NCBI GenBank assembly: GCA_965205425.1
Contig: CBDBGZ010000009.1
Location: 832,001 to 896,000, forward strand
Length of the DNA stretch: 64,000 nt
DNA from: Nitrosopumilus sp.
Lineage (GTDB): Archaea; Thermoproteota; Nitrososphaeria; Nitrososphaerales; Nitrosopumilaceae
Direction of reading: 5' to 3'
In this document: piece by piece, positions 9,544 through 20,502 of the stretch
Layout of the letters: the number at the start of each line of letters is the position of its first letter
Position numbering within the stretch: the first letter of the stretch is position 1
The notes under the pieces: generated by a model
Told to the model about the DNA's origin: nothing
What the model saw: the letters and a program-made list of their open reading frames with translations, nothing else
Databases searched by the model: none
Translations under genes and position numbers: made by a program

Positions 9544-10755
9544 TTAAACAGATAATTTTGTTTCAGGATTCATTTCTTTTGTAACAAAAATTCTATACCA
9601 AATCTCAAATGCTAGTATTCCTAAGAATTTATTGACATATCTAACATCTTCTTTTTCATCAAGTTTTTTAAGAGATTTTTCAATCCAATCCCCACCAATC
9701 CATTTATCTTTAACAATTCTTGCATTGTCTAAATAATGTCTACATAACTTTTTCCCATGAGAGTTCCACAAATTAATTGTATTTACTGAGAAACCTTGTT
9801 TGTTAGGGGTGATAAGATCTGGAGAAATATGTTTAGCTAAAATTTCTCGTAATGGAATTTTTCCAACACTGTTTTTAGTATTGTATTTAATAGAATTCTT
9901 TAGATGTGGAGCATATTCCATTAGTTCTTTTGATAAAATAGGTGTGATTGGTTTAAGATTAAAAAATTTATGAAAACTACTGTTCAGTGGAATCCAGTTA
10001 TACAACAATTTTCCATTAATATCTGCTAGAAATACTTGATCTAATGGAGATAATGAATTATCGAAATATGGAATAATTTTTGAATAAATATCGCCCCAGA
10101 CAAAATTTGCTTTTGATCCAAATAATTCTGATTGATCAGGAACCCAGTCACGTTCATGACATTCTAAATATAATTTTGTTTTATCTAATGGAGTCATATC
10201 TGAATTAAAATTAGTTAAAAATTTCTTGTATCTGAAGGTGTATCCTCCAAATAATTCATCACCTCCATCACCTGAAACAAGAGATGTTGAAAATTTTGAA
10301 GCAGTTTTTACAATATGAAACCAATGAGTGTCCCAAAAAGGCATTTTGATAATACTAATAGCTTTTGGAAGATCTTCTAGAAAATTTTCTATTGAAATAA
10401 TGTGATGTTCTGCATTGAATTTATTTGCAATATTGGTAGCGATTCCTGTTTCATCAACACTATCTGCAAATTTTAAAGATATAGCATCAATTTTGATATC
10501 AGGCATTGAATTACGAAGTAATGCCGTTACAAGTGTTGAATCAACTCCTCCACTTAGAGCAATTGAAACATGTTGTTCATTCACTTCGTTTTTAATAACT
10601 GAGGAAATTGAATTTTCAATATGTTGTAAATAATTTGGTTTTTCTTCAGGTAGAAAATCATTTGAAACAAATTTCTTTTTATCAATTTGTAATGATGGAC
10701 AATATCTTAAACTCAAAACTTCTTTAATTAATGAAGAATTTTTATCCATATCCAA
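9544..10755 (-). CDS. Asparagine synthase-like protein (synthetase domain only)
   Basis: LSGGVDS, SGDGGDELFGGY, KQGF motifs; no N-terminal Cys glutaminase domain. Confidence 0.85.
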   Translation of the reverse strand: MDMDKNSSLIKEVLSLRYCPSLQIDKKKFVSNDFLPEEKPNYLQHIENSISSVIKNEVNEQHVSIALSGGVDSTLVTALLRNSMPDIKIDAISLKFADSVDETGIATNIANKFNAEHHIISIENFLEDLPKAISIIKMPFWDTHWFHIVKTASKFSTSLVSGDGGDELFGGYTFRYKKFLTNFNSDMTPLDKTKLYLECHERDWVPDQSELFGSKANFVWGDIYSKIIPYFDNSLSPLDQVFLADINGKLLYNWIPLNSSFHKFFNLKPITPILSKELMEYAPHLKNSIKYNTKNSVGKIPLREILAKHISPDLITPNKQGFSVNTINLWNSHGKKLCRHYLDNARIVKDKWIGGDWIEKSLKKLDEKEDVRYVNKFLGILAFEIWYRIFVTKEMNPETKLSV

Positions 10756-10851
10756 TATTCATTACCTGTTATAATTCATATTTTTCTGTGTTTATAAGAT
10801 TCTATTTTTTAATTTGTTAAGACTTAAAGATGTGCTAGATTCAACAAACAC

Positions 10852-11751
10852 GTGAAATTTGTTATTACTGGTGGTGCAGGATTTATTGGAAGCCATATTG
10901 CAAAACATCTCCTATCCAAAAATCATGAAGTTACTGTTGTTGATAATTTCTCACGAGGAAGATTAGAAAATCTATCTGGGGTTGAAGAAAAAATTGAATT
11001 TAAAAAAATTGATATATTAGATTTTGACTCGTTAAAAACTATAATTTCTGACTCAGATGGAATTTTTCATCAAGCTGCTTTAACCTCCGTGCCTGAATCA
11101 TTCATTCAAAAAGAAAAATATCAGAATGTGAATGTAGATGGGACTGAAAACATTTTCAAATTGGCTAAGGAATTGGAAAAAAAAGTTGTGTATGCAAGTA
11201 GCTCAAGTGTATATGGAAATACTAGTGTAACTCCTATCACTGAAGATTTTGATAAAAATCCCATTAATCCATATGGAATAACAAAATTAGATGATGAAAA
11301 ACTTGCAAAAAAATATCATGATTTAGGAGTCTCAATAATTGGTTTGAGATATTTTAATGTCTATGGGATTGGACAAACTAATGATTATGCAGGAGTAATA
11401 ACAAAATTCTTTGATCAGATCAAACTAAATCGATCTCCAATAGTTTTTGGTGATGGTTCTCATACACGAGATTTTGTTTCAGTAAAAGATATTGCAAAAG
11501 CTAATTTACTTTCAATGGAAAGTAATACTGATTTCTCATTTCTAAACATTGGAACTGGAATTCCAACATCTGTTAAAGAATTAGCTCAATTAATGATTAA
11601 ACTTTCTGAAAAATCACTAGAAATCAAATATGATGAATTGCCCCAAGGTGATGTTAAAGAAAGCCTTGCTGATGTATCTCTTGCAAAAAAACTAATTGGT
11701 TGGAATTATGAAACATCTTTAAAAGACGGTTTAAAAAAATTCTTTTTTTAA
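10852..11751 (+). CDS. NAD-dependent sugar epimerase/dehydratase (GalE-like)
   Basis: TGGAGFIGSH, ASSSSVYG, YGITK, LRYFNVYG. Confidence 0.92.
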   Translation: MKFVITGGAGFIGSHIAKHLLSKNHEVTVVDNFSRGRLENLSGVEEKIEFKKIDILDFDSLKTIISDSDGIFHQAALTSVPESFIQKEKYQNVNVDGTENIFKLAKELEKKVVYASSSSVYGNTSVTPITEDFDKNPINPYGITKLDDEKLAKKYHDLGVSIIGLRYFNVYGIGQTNDYAGVITKFFDQIKLNRSPIVFGDGSHTRDFVSVKDIAKANLLSMESNTDFSFLNIGTGIPTSVKELAQLMIKLSEKSLEIKYDELPQGDVKESLADVSLAKKLIGWNYETSLKDGLKKFFF

Positions 11752-12698
11752 GAATTTACTAAATTTTCATAAAATTTAACATATTCAGGAAGCAAAACTT
11801 CCCATGTTAAATTATTTATTACAAATTCGTAACCCGCATCTGAAAGCCTTGCCGCTGTTTTATTATCTACAAGTAATTCATTGATATTTTTTAGTAATAT
11901 TTCTGAATTGTTTGGAGGAATTAGAATACCTGATACATTATCTGTGATTAATTCAGGAATTCCACCTACATTAGTTGCAATAATTGGTATTTTGAGATAA
12001 AATGCTTCTTTAATGACCTGAGGAATACTCTCCATTCTTGAAGGGATTACTAAAATGCTTGATGCCTTAAGATTCTCCATTGCATCTTCCCATTTCATTT
12101 CCGTACAATAGATAACTTTTCCATTGATTTTTGGTTCAATCTCTTTTAGAATGTCTATACCTTTTTCATAACTATCTCTTCCAATGAAAATTATTTGGCT
12201 TTCATTTTTTTCTACATTTTTTAATTTTTCAAACTTTTTAATATCTAATGGGGCATAGAAAAACTCAAAGTCTAGATTTAATTTTTCTTTGTACATTTTT
12301 TTAACAACTTTAGAATCAGTTGTAAGTTTGTCCGCCCATTTCAAAACTTTTGTTTCAGTTACTTTTGCAACGGCAGATGTAGTTTTGGAATGTAATGCAT
12401 CTACTTGTTCAGAATATATTCCATGAATAGATAAGACCTTTTTCTTTGCTTTTGTATACTTCATTGCAAAAGCTGATGGAACATTAAATGCATGGATAAC
12501 ATCATATTTTTCCCTTCCCATCATTGCTTTCAAAGAACTTAATAGTGCAAAGCTTGGATTCTTTAATTTTTTAATTGGAATATGAGATATATGCATTAGT
12601 TTTATTTCAAATCCATGTTCTTGTAATTTTTCAGCTACTCTAGCGGCGTGCCCCCCAATTCCCCCAGAATATTTTGGAGCAATAAATAAAATTTTCAT
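11748..12698 (-). CDS. Glycosyltransferase family 4
   Basis: PSRMESIPQVIKEA...TNVGGIPE. Confidence 0.9.
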   Translation of the reverse strand: MKILFIAPKYSGGIGGHAARVAEKLQEHGFEIKLMHISHIPIKKLKNPSFALLSSLKAMMGREKYDVIHAFNVPSAFAMKYTKAKKKVLSIHGIYSEQVDALHSKTTSAVAKVTETKVLKWADKLTTDSKVVKKMYKEKLNLDFEFFYAPLDIKKFEKLKNVEKNESQIIFIGRDSYEKGIDILKEIEPKINGKVIYCTEMKWEDAMENLKASSILVIPSRMESIPQVIKEAFYLKIPIIATNVGGIPELITDNVSGILIPPNNSEILLKNINELLVDNKTAARLSDAGYEFVINNLTWEVLLPEYVKFYENLVNS

Positions 12699-12835
12699 TT
12701 CTCTACAAAAATTATTAAAATTCTTTCCTTAATGAATATGCCCAGAATAAATTGTAGACGAATTAACAAAAAATCTATACAATCAAACTTTCTATACCAA
12801 TAATAGTATCTATAGATAATGGAAGTTGGAATTAG

Positions 12836-13906
12836 ATGAAAGTAGCTATAGTTTTAGGAACAAGACCTGAAATCATCAAACTTGCACCAATAATTAGAAA
12901 GATTGGCTCTAAAAATTGTTCTGTAATCTTTTCTGGTCAGCATTATGATAATCAAATGGGATTGGGATTTATGCGTGAATTAGGTTTACCAAAACCCAAC
13001 TATTCATTAAATATAACAAAATCAAATTCGCAATTGCAAATAAGTGAAATAATTGCAAAATTGTCAAAAATTCTACTAAAAGAAGAACCTGATACAGTAA
13101 TGATTCAAGGTGATACAAACACTGTTTTGGCAGCAGGAATTTGTTCTTTAAAATCTGATATTCCAATCAGTCATGTTGAATCTGGATTGAGAAGTAATGA
13201 TTGGAGAATGCCAGAAGAGCATAATAGAATTACCGTAGATCATATATCTGAATTATTATTTTCTCCAACTCAAAACACAAAATCTAATTTAATATCTGAA
13301 AAAGTACATGGCCAAATATTTGTAACTGGAAACACAGTAATTGATGCAATAAACATTTATTCTAAAATTTCAAAAAATAAATCTCAGTTAACTATTCCAT
13401 CATCAGATTTTATTTTATTAACTTTACATAGAGCAGAAAATGTAGATAACAAAAAAATATTATCTTCTATAATAAAAGGAATAGTTAATTCCAATGAGAA
13501 TATTATTTTCCCAATACACCCTAGAACAAAAAAACGTCTTCATGAATTTAATTTACATAAAAAATTATCTCAAAATAAAAATATTCAAATAATTAATTCT
13601 GTAGGATATTTTGAAATACTTGAGCTAATGAAAAATTGTAGTTTTATTGTAACTGATTCAGGAGGAATTCAAGAGGAAGCTACTTCACCAATAATTAGAA
13701 AAAAAGTTTTGGTGGTAAGAAAAACAACTGATCGACCTGAAGCTGTTGAAAATAAAATGGCTCAAGTTATTGGATTTGATGAAAAAACTATCTCAAATAC
13801 AATTAAAAAAACTATGAAAAATCCTAAACTATTTTCACGTAAAACACCTTATGGAAAAGGTGACGCTAGTGAAAAAATTCTTAAAATCTTAAAAAAGAAC
13901 TTTTAG
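12836..13906 (+). CDS. wecB: UDP-N-acetylglucosamine 2-epimerase (non-hydrolysing)
   Basis: GTRPEIIK, QGDTNT, HVESGLRS, PEEHNR, DSGGIQEEA. Confidence 0.93.
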   Translation: MKVAIVLGTRPEIIKLAPIIRKIGSKNCSVIFSGQHYDNQMGLGFMRELGLPKPNYSLNITKSNSQLQISEIIAKLSKILLKEEPDTVMIQGDTNTVLAAGICSLKSDIPISHVESGLRSNDWRMPEEHNRITVDHISELLFSPTQNTKSNLISEKVHGQIFVTGNTVIDAINIYSKISKNKSQLTIPSSDFILLTLHRAENVDNKKILSSIIKGIVNSNENIIFPIHPRTKKRLHEFNLHKKLSQNKNIQIINSVGYFEILELMKNCSFIVTDSGGIQEEATSPIIRKKVLVVRKTTDRPEAVENKMAQVIGFDEKTISNTIKKTMKNPKLFSRKTPYGKGDASEKILKILKKNF

Positions 13907-15045
13907 ATTTTTTTAGATTCTTCTATGATATTTTTTACAACTATATCCCATGAAAATTTTTGAACCATTTTTGATGATTCAATTCCCATTTCCTTAATTT
14001 TTTTTGGTTGGTTTAATAATAAAATAATTTTTTCAGCCAAATCATTTGCATTTTCAATAAAATATCCATTTTTTTCATTTTCTAAAACATCTTCAGGTAA
14101 TGTTCCTTTTTGGGCTAAAATGGGTAATGAAACTGTCATGTACTCTAAAACTTTGATTGGAAGAGCTCTTGATGTTACATCTGTTAATCTAAGTGGTCCT
14201 ATACCAATTGAAGCATCTGAAATATTCTCAGGAATCTGCTCTCTTTTAATCCATCCTTTAAATTCGACTGAATTTCCTAATTTATTTTTTAAAACAATTT
14301 CTTTTAATTTATCCATCTCAGCACCACTACCTAACAAAACAAATCTTGCATCAGGAATTTTTTTAATTACAGATGGAATTGCTTCAAGTAAAATATCTAA
14401 ACCTCTATGATAATACATTGCACCTGCAAAAACAATTTTCTTTGGATTCTTTTCATTAGTAATATCAAATAAAGATAAATCTACACCGTTTGGAATTATT
14501 GATATTTTTTCTTGTTTTACACCATATTTATCAATGATAATTTTTTTTGTCTCATTATTTGAAACAAGAATTTTAGTTCCAGATCTAAGAGTTCTTCCGT
14601 TAATTATTTTTTCAATTTTTCGTTGTAATGATTTTATCCCAGATGCTTTTTCATAAATAGCATCATCTATTTTAACAATAGATGAAATACCTAATTCTTT
14701 TGCAGCTTCTACTGCAGCTTTTGGAACCAGATGAAATGGATGAAATATTGTAAAAACAAAATCAAATTCATTTGATTTCCCTATTTCTATGGCAGTTTTT
14801 TTAATGTTAGATTGACATCGTCGTGCAGCTACTTTGATTTTAGTACGTGAAGGAGTTTCTGTTCGTATGACTTTAATTTTTGAGTTTATTTTAGGATTAA
14901 ATTGTTCTCCATTCCAATCAAGATCAGGTGTGATCACTGTAACATCGTTTCCCAATTCAACAAATTTGTTAATAATATCTGTAATTACTACAACACCTCC
15001 TCCACTAATTGGTGGAAAATGAAATACTAAGACTAAAATTTTCAC
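13903..15045 (-). CDS. Glycosyltransferase family 4
   Basis: IIPNGVD, ALPIKVLEYM. Confidence 0.88.
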   Translation of the reverse strand: MKILVLVFHFPPISGGGVVVITDIINKFVELGNDVTVITPDLDWNGEQFNPKINSKIKVIRTETPSRTKIKVAARRCQSNIKKTAIEIGKSNEFDFVFTIFHPFHLVPKAAVEAAKELGISSIVKIDDAIYEKASGIKSLQRKIEKIINGRTLRSGTKILVSNNETKKIIIDKYGVKQEKISIIPNGVDLSLFDITNEKNPKKIVFAGAMYYHRGLDILLEAIPSVIKKIPDARFVLLGSGAEMDKLKEIVLKNKLGNSVEFKGWIKREQIPENISDASIGIGPLRLTDVTSRALPIKVLEYMTVSLPILAQKGTLPEDVLENEKNGYFIENANDLAEKIILLLNQPKKIKEMGIESSKMVQKFSWDIVVKNIIEESKKI

Positions 15046-15088
15046 TGTCTTTAGGCTTTTTAAGGAACAAAAAAAGTGTTACCTCGTA

Positions 15089-16225
15089 TTGAATTCTTCA
15101 TTTGAAAAGACAAAAAATTGGTTGCTAAATTCAGGAATTTTTGTATCAGAATCCTCAGATCCAAATTTTGGTGGAGTTCGTTCTTTTTATGATGAAAAAA
15201 ACAAAGAATTTGCGTTTTTGTACCCTGAAATTACTGGATATTATGCAAGTACAATGAGATTTTTGTATGAGCATGAAAAAAATGAAAAATATCTTCATTT
15301 TGCAAAGGCATCATGTAATTGGTTAATTGATTTGTATGAAAAATTTGGTGGAATAATTCAAGGAATTTCACCTCAAGGAGTTACTAAAAAATATGTTTAT
15401 TCTTTTGATACTGGAATTTGTTCAAAAGGATTATTGGATTGTTACATGATTTCAAAAGATAACAAATTTCTTGAATATGCACAAAAATTAAACAACTGGA
15501 TTTTATCTGACACAATTGAAAATGATGGTATAGTAAAACCAGTAAAAAATCTAGAAACTGATAAATTTGAAATTGATGATAAAGTATGGTATAAAAAATC
15601 TGGATGCTTGCACATTAAATTAACAATTCCATTATTGCAACTTTATACAATTACAAATGATGAAACTTCATTAAATGCTGCAAAGAAAATTGCAAATTCA
15701 ATAATTCATTTTCAACAATCTGATGGAAGTATTTTACTTCATAAAAATAGTAAAGTGATCAATCTTCATACTTTGTTATATGCATTGGAGGGATTAATTC
15801 ACACCTATAATGTTACAAAAGATAAAAATTATCTAAACAGTTGTAAAAAAGCAGTTAATTGGTGTGAAAATCAAATTCAATCTGATGGAAGTATAGATTT
15901 ATGGTTTAATTCTAGACATCATTCAAAGTCAAGTTATCCTATTGCACAATTAATTAGATTAAAAATATTATTAGCAAAACTAGAACAGAAAAATCTTGAT
16001 CAAACTATTGAAAAATTACAATCCTTTTTGCTCTCTTTACAGGCACAAAATACAGATAAATTTGTTAATGGTGGATTTTATGAAGAATTTGGAAAATCTA
16101 TTTTTGGATGGAAGAAAACTCTAAAAGTTAATTCATGGGGTACAATGTTTTCTATGCAAGCATTATTTTGGTTAGATAATTTTTCAGAAATAAATTTTGA
16201 AAAAGAAACAGAATTACTATATTGA
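15089..16225 (+). CDS. Hypothetical alpha/alpha-toroid protein in glycan cluster
   Basis: YPEITGY motif, repeated QxxDGS helical-repeat motifs. Confidence 0.6.
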   Translation: MNSSFEKTKNWLLNSGIFVSESSDPNFGGVRSFYDEKNKEFAFLYPEITGYYASTMRFLYEHEKNEKYLHFAKASCNWLIDLYEKFGGIIQGISPQGVTKKYVYSFDTGICSKGLLDCYMISKDNKFLEYAQKLNNWILSDTIENDGIVKPVKNLETDKFEIDDKVWYKKSGCLHIKLTIPLLQLYTITNDETSLNAAKKIANSIIHFQQSDGSILLHKNSKVINLHTLLYALEGLIHTYNVTKDKNYLNSCKKAVNWCENQIQSDGSIDLWFNSRHHSKSSYPIAQLIRLKILLAKLEQKNLDQTIEKLQSFLLSLQAQNTDKFVNGGFYEEFGKSIFGWKKTLKVNSWGTMFSMQALFWLDNFSEINFEKETELLY

Positions 16226-16227
16226 TA

Positions 16228-17577
16228 TTAATTTCCTAGATATTCTAAATGGGAATTTGATTGTGAATTCTTCAATAGTTTACTTTGACAATCATATATG
16301 AGCGGAATTAATGATTTATCATAAATTTCTTTAATTCTTGATTTATTTTCATCATGATGTTGAACTATACACATGCAACTAATTTCTTTTATTGTTTCAT
16401 CATTCAAATTATCTAATTTTGTAAAGTTAAATTCTGAAATATGATTTTCAATTAAATACTTTCCAGCTAAATCTGAATTAAAAAATGGATCATATCCAAA
16501 AATTTCAAAACCTTTCTCTTTTAATTCTTGAATGATTTTAAAACTTGGAGAATCTCTCATGTCTTCTACATTTGCTTTATATGATAAACCACATATCAAA
16601 ACTTTTCTTCCCAATTCTTGACTTTGAAGTTTTTCTTTAATGGAGTTTGCGATGTATTTTGGCATTTGTTCATTAATTTTCAATGCATGTTCAATTGTAT
16701 CAAATTTTATTCCTAATTTTTTTGCAGATTCTAACAAAAATCGTGGATCTTTAGGTATGCAATGTCCACCAGCTCCTGCGCCTGGATAGTGAGGCAAAAA
16801 GCCAAATGGTTTAGTTGATGCTGCATCAATAATTTCTTTAACATTGACATCTAATTTATCGCATAATATAGCAAGTTCATTTACTAATGTGATATTTACC
16901 AATCTAAAGGCATTTTCAAAGGATTTTACAATTTCTGCAATTTTAGGAGAATCAACTTTTAATAAATTTCCACCATTGACATGAAGATAAATTCCCTTAG
17001 CAATGTCAAAACTTGAGTTATCAGAGCAGTAAATCACTCTGGGAATATTTTCTATTCCCCATTCCTTATTGGATGGATCAATTCTTTCTGGACAAAAGCA
17101 TAAACCAAAATCTTTCCCGACTTTGAATCCTTTACTTTTGACAATATCACTAATTTCCTCGGTTGTACCTACTTCTATACTACTTTCTAATATTATCACA
17201 TTACCTGGTTTTGAACAATCAAGGAATGATTCTACAGCTGATTTTACAAATACATCCGAACTAATATCTTTAGTTGGAATTGGAGTTGGTACGCATATTA
17301 TTCCTACTTTAGAAATTGAAGAGTTAGATGGACTTGATTCTAATTTGATATTATTTTTTTGTCTACATTTGATGTATTCTTTTTCCAAATGTATTTCTGA
17401 ATCCATCAGTTTGTTGTTTTCTAATCTTTGGATTCTCTCTTGATTTACATCAATTCCAGTAACTTGAAAACCTGCAGAAGCTAAACGAACTGTTAATGGA
17501 AATCCTACATATCCTAACCCATAAATTTCTATATTTACTGATTTTTCCTTTATTGCATTTACAGTATTTTCTAACAT
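16228..17577 (-). CDS. Nucleotide-sugar dehydrogenase (WecC/WbpA-like)
   Basis: GLGYVG, ICVPTP, CPERIDP, GAGGHCIPKDP, DMRDSP. Confidence 0.92.
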   Translation of the reverse strand: MLENTVNAIKEKSVNIEIYGLGYVGFPLTVRLASAGFQVTGIDVNQERIQRLENNKLMDSEIHLEKEYIKCRQKNNIKLESSPSNSSISKVGIICVPTPIPTKDISSDVFVKSAVESFLDCSKPGNVIILESSIEVGTTEEISDIVKSKGFKVGKDFGLCFCPERIDPSNKEWGIENIPRVIYCSDNSSFDIAKGIYLHVNGGNLLKVDSPKIAEIVKSFENAFRLVNITLVNELAILCDKLDVNVKEIIDAASTKPFGFLPHYPGAGAGGHCIPKDPRFLLESAKKLGIKFDTIEHALKINEQMPKYIANSIKEKLQSQELGRKVLICGLSYKANVEDMRDSPSFKIIQELKEKGFEIFGYDPFFNSDLAGKYLIENHISEFNFTKLDNLNDETIKEISCMCIVQHHDENKSRIKEIYDKSLIPLIYDCQSKLLKNSQSNSHLEYLGN

Positions 17578-17638
17578 TTTAATTTCAACTACTCGAATTC
17601 AATATCCAACTATTTGTATTTTAGGAAACATATTCCCA

Positions 17639-18763
17639 TTAATTCCCTTTTGATAATTCTAAATAGATTTGTGCTTCTCTACTTTCAATAATTTTTGAAT
17701 CAAATTCCTTTGCCTTATTTTGGGATTTAATTGAAAGATTATTTCTTAAATCATGATTATCTAATAATTTTTTAATATTTTCTTCAAAAGAATCTGAATT
17801 TAAATTAGAAAATATTGCAATTTCTTCCAAACCTTCTGAAAATCCTTCCTTAGGAAATGGGATAACTACAGGTAGTCCTGAAGCCATTGCTTCGATAACT
17901 GGCATCGGTAAACTCTCAACTTCAGGATTGTATGCAAGAGCAAAAATTTCAGCTGATTTGTAATAATTTTGAATTTCATTATGATTCACCGATTTCAATA
18001 TAGTAATTTTATTATTCAGATTTTGTTTTTTAATAGATTCTTGTAAATCTTCGTATAGATCTCCATTTCCAATAATTAGTAAATGTGCATCAATATTCTT
18101 CATAGCATCGATAAGGCATTGATGATTTTTTACACTAATTAGACTGCCCACAGAAATTATTAATGAGTTGGGAAACGATTCTTTTTTTATTCCATTTGAA
18201 AATCGTTCTAAATCAATTTTATTATGTAACACTTCAACATTTTTTGAAGAATATTTTTGAACATATGGTTCAATTATCTTATAAACAACTGTAATTTTAT
18301 CAGCATTTTCTAATACAAATGGCTCGATAAATTTTTCAGTATATTTTAATGCAAAATATTTTTTTAAATTATTTTTTCTAGCAATTTTTCTATTAAAATC
18401 ATATTGAGTATGTAAAGAAAGATAAAATGGAATTTGTAATTTTTTTGCACATGTTGCAGCTAGCCATCCTTCAATGTATGGATTATATGCTCGAATTATA
18501 TCTGGTTTAATTTCATTTACAAGTTGTAATATTTTATCTACATTGTTTTTTCTAGTTTTTATTCCAATTTTTCCAATACTATGAATCTTGATTTTTGCAT
18601 TTCCAAATAAAATCTGACTTTCTGATTCTTCAATATCACTCTCAACAAGTGATATCACATGAATTTCATCAAAAATATTTTCTGGGTTATAATACCTCTC
18701 TTTTATTTCGCCCTTTTCAAAATATGATTTTAATGGATCGTTAGGAAAAACACATAATTTCAT
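17639..18763 (-). CDS. Glycosyltransferase family 4
   Basis: ESLPMPVIEAMASGLPVV. Confidence 0.88.
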   Translation of the reverse strand: MKLCVFPNDPLKSYFEKGEIKERYYNPENIFDEIHVISLVESDIEESESQILFGNAKIKIHSIGKIGIKTRKNNVDKILQLVNEIKPDIIRAYNPYIEGWLAATCAKKLQIPFYLSLHTQYDFNRKIARKNNLKKYFALKYTEKFIEPFVLENADKITVVYKIIEPYVQKYSSKNVEVLHNKIDLERFSNGIKKESFPNSLIISVGSLISVKNHQCLIDAMKNIDAHLLIIGNGDLYEDLQESIKKQNLNNKITILKSVNHNEIQNYYKSAEIFALAYNPEVESLPMPVIEAMASGLPVVIPFPKEGFSEGLEEIAIFSNLNSDSFEENIKKLLDNHDLRNNLSIKSQNKAKEFDSKIIESREAQIYLELSKGN

Positions 18764-18928
18764 TCTTATTCATATTGAAATTATCTAAAATTTATAGAAT
18801 TTTGTCTACATAATTCAATTGTAAAATAATTAAAAAATAGATCTTTAAATCATAAGAAAAATCAGTCGAAACACTAAGAAACTGTAGACAAAAACCCCCA
18901 TATAATTTCCATAAAAAATTAGTATGTA

Positions 18929-20437
18929 ATGTCTGGAATACGAGTAACTTATTCAGGAATGATATCTTTTATTGTTGGAATAGTTAGTGTATTCACTGGT
19001 CTTGTTTTCACTCTAATAATTACAAGAGAACTAAGCCCTGAAGAATTTGGTACGTGGAGTTTGGTTGGAGGATTAACTGGTTATGTTTTGATTCTAGAAC
19101 CCATTGTATCGTATTGGGCAACAAGAGAAATAGCTAGAGGAAAAGAATCTGGAAAAACTGCATTTCTTTCAAGTAATTTGTTTTCAGGAATTTCATTATT
19201 AGCCTATATTGTTATCATTATTGGTTTTGTTAATCATGTAGATGTTGATCAAAACATCTTACTTTTTGCTGCAATTCTTATTCCTGTATTATTTGCAAGA
19301 CATACACTAACTGCAATTAATCTAGGTCATAACCCACAAACAGGAGAATTTGGGTTTCTTGCTTTTGAACTTACAAAAATACCTGTTGCATTATTATTGA
19401 TTTATTTTTTGCAATTAGGTGTATATGGTGCTATCCTTACTGCATTTGTTGCATCTTTAGTAAGCATTATCATTCAATTATCTAGATCATCTCATAAATT
19501 AAAAGGAAAATTCCAAAAAGAAACTTTGAAAAATTGGTTAAAAATATTTTGGTTACCCACTTATCCTAGGGTTTCTGAATTATTTTTATTATCTGATATT
19601 GTAATATTTACAATAATTATTGGAACGGTTGAAGATATTGCGTTTTGGGTAGCTGCTTTAGGAGTTGCAAGTATTGTGTTACACGCTGGAAACATCTCAA
19701 AAGCTCTTTATCCAAAATTATTAGAAGGAGGAAAAATAAAATTATTCCAAGAAAATTTTACACAAGTCTTGTATTTTGCATTTCCATTAGTTTCTATGTC
19801 AATAATTTTCTCTAGACCTGCGTTATTTGCATTAAATCCACTTTATGAAATTGCAGTGCCTGTAGTGATTTTATTATCTTTAGTGATGTTCTTAAGAACC
19901 ATTAGTAACATGTTTACACGATCTCTTACAGGAATTGAAAAGGTCGATCTTAATGATAATGCCACATTCAAAGATTATATTAAAAGTAAATTATTCTACT
20001 TACCAACATTAACATTAATTCAACGTGGTTCATATTTGGCATCATTAGCTATTGTTCTGTTATTATTTGGTAATTCTGAAGAAAAAATAAATCTAATAAT
20101 ATATTGGGCCATTGTTGCTCTTGTAACTCAAATTCCATATACAATCTATCTCTTTTCATTAATTAGAAAAGAGTTTCTTCCAAAAATCGATTTAAAAACT
20201 ATTTCTAAATATGTTGCATCAAGTATTGTTGTTTTTGGATTTGTCTACCTGTTCATGGATAATCTTTTAGAATATGAGTTAAGCATTTTTGAATTTCTTC
20301 CAAAGTTTTTGGTATTTGTGCTAACTGGAGGCTTAGCATATGTTGGAATCACATATGTAATTGATAAAAGAACCAAAAAACTGGTACATTCGATAATAAA
20401 AGAATTACAAAACCGAAAAATCAAAAATGATGATTAA
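18929..20437 (+). CDS. Polysaccharide flippase / Wzx-like transporter
   Basis: About 12-14 TM segments, ITRELSPEEFG motif, glycan cluster context. Confidence 0.8.
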   Translation: MSGIRVTYSGMISFIVGIVSVFTGLVFTLIITRELSPEEFGTWSLVGGLTGYVLILEPIVSYWATREIARGKESGKTAFLSSNLFSGISLLAYIVIIIGFVNHVDVDQNILLFAAILIPVLFARHTLTAINLGHNPQTGEFGFLAFELTKIPVALLLIYFLQLGVYGAILTAFVASLVSIIIQLSRSSHKLKGKFQKETLKNWLKIFWLPTYPRVSELFLLSDIVIFTIIIGTVEDIAFWVAALGVASIVLHAGNISKALYPKLLEGGKIKLFQENFTQVLYFAFPLVSMSIIFSRPALFALNPLYEIAVPVVILLSLVMFLRTISNMFTRSLTGIEKVDLNDNATFKDYIKSKLFYLPTLTLIQRGSYLASLAIVLLLFGNSEEKINLIIYWAIVALVTQIPYTIYLFSLIRKEFLPKIDLKTISKYVASSIVVFGFVYLFMDNLLEYELSIFEFLPKFLVFVLTGGLAYVGITYVIDKRTKKLVHSIIKELQNRKIKNDD

Positions 20438-20502
20438 TTCATCTTACCTGATTAAAATATGTAGACAAGAATCAATTAATTTTTATTTTTTTGATATAAA
20501 TT

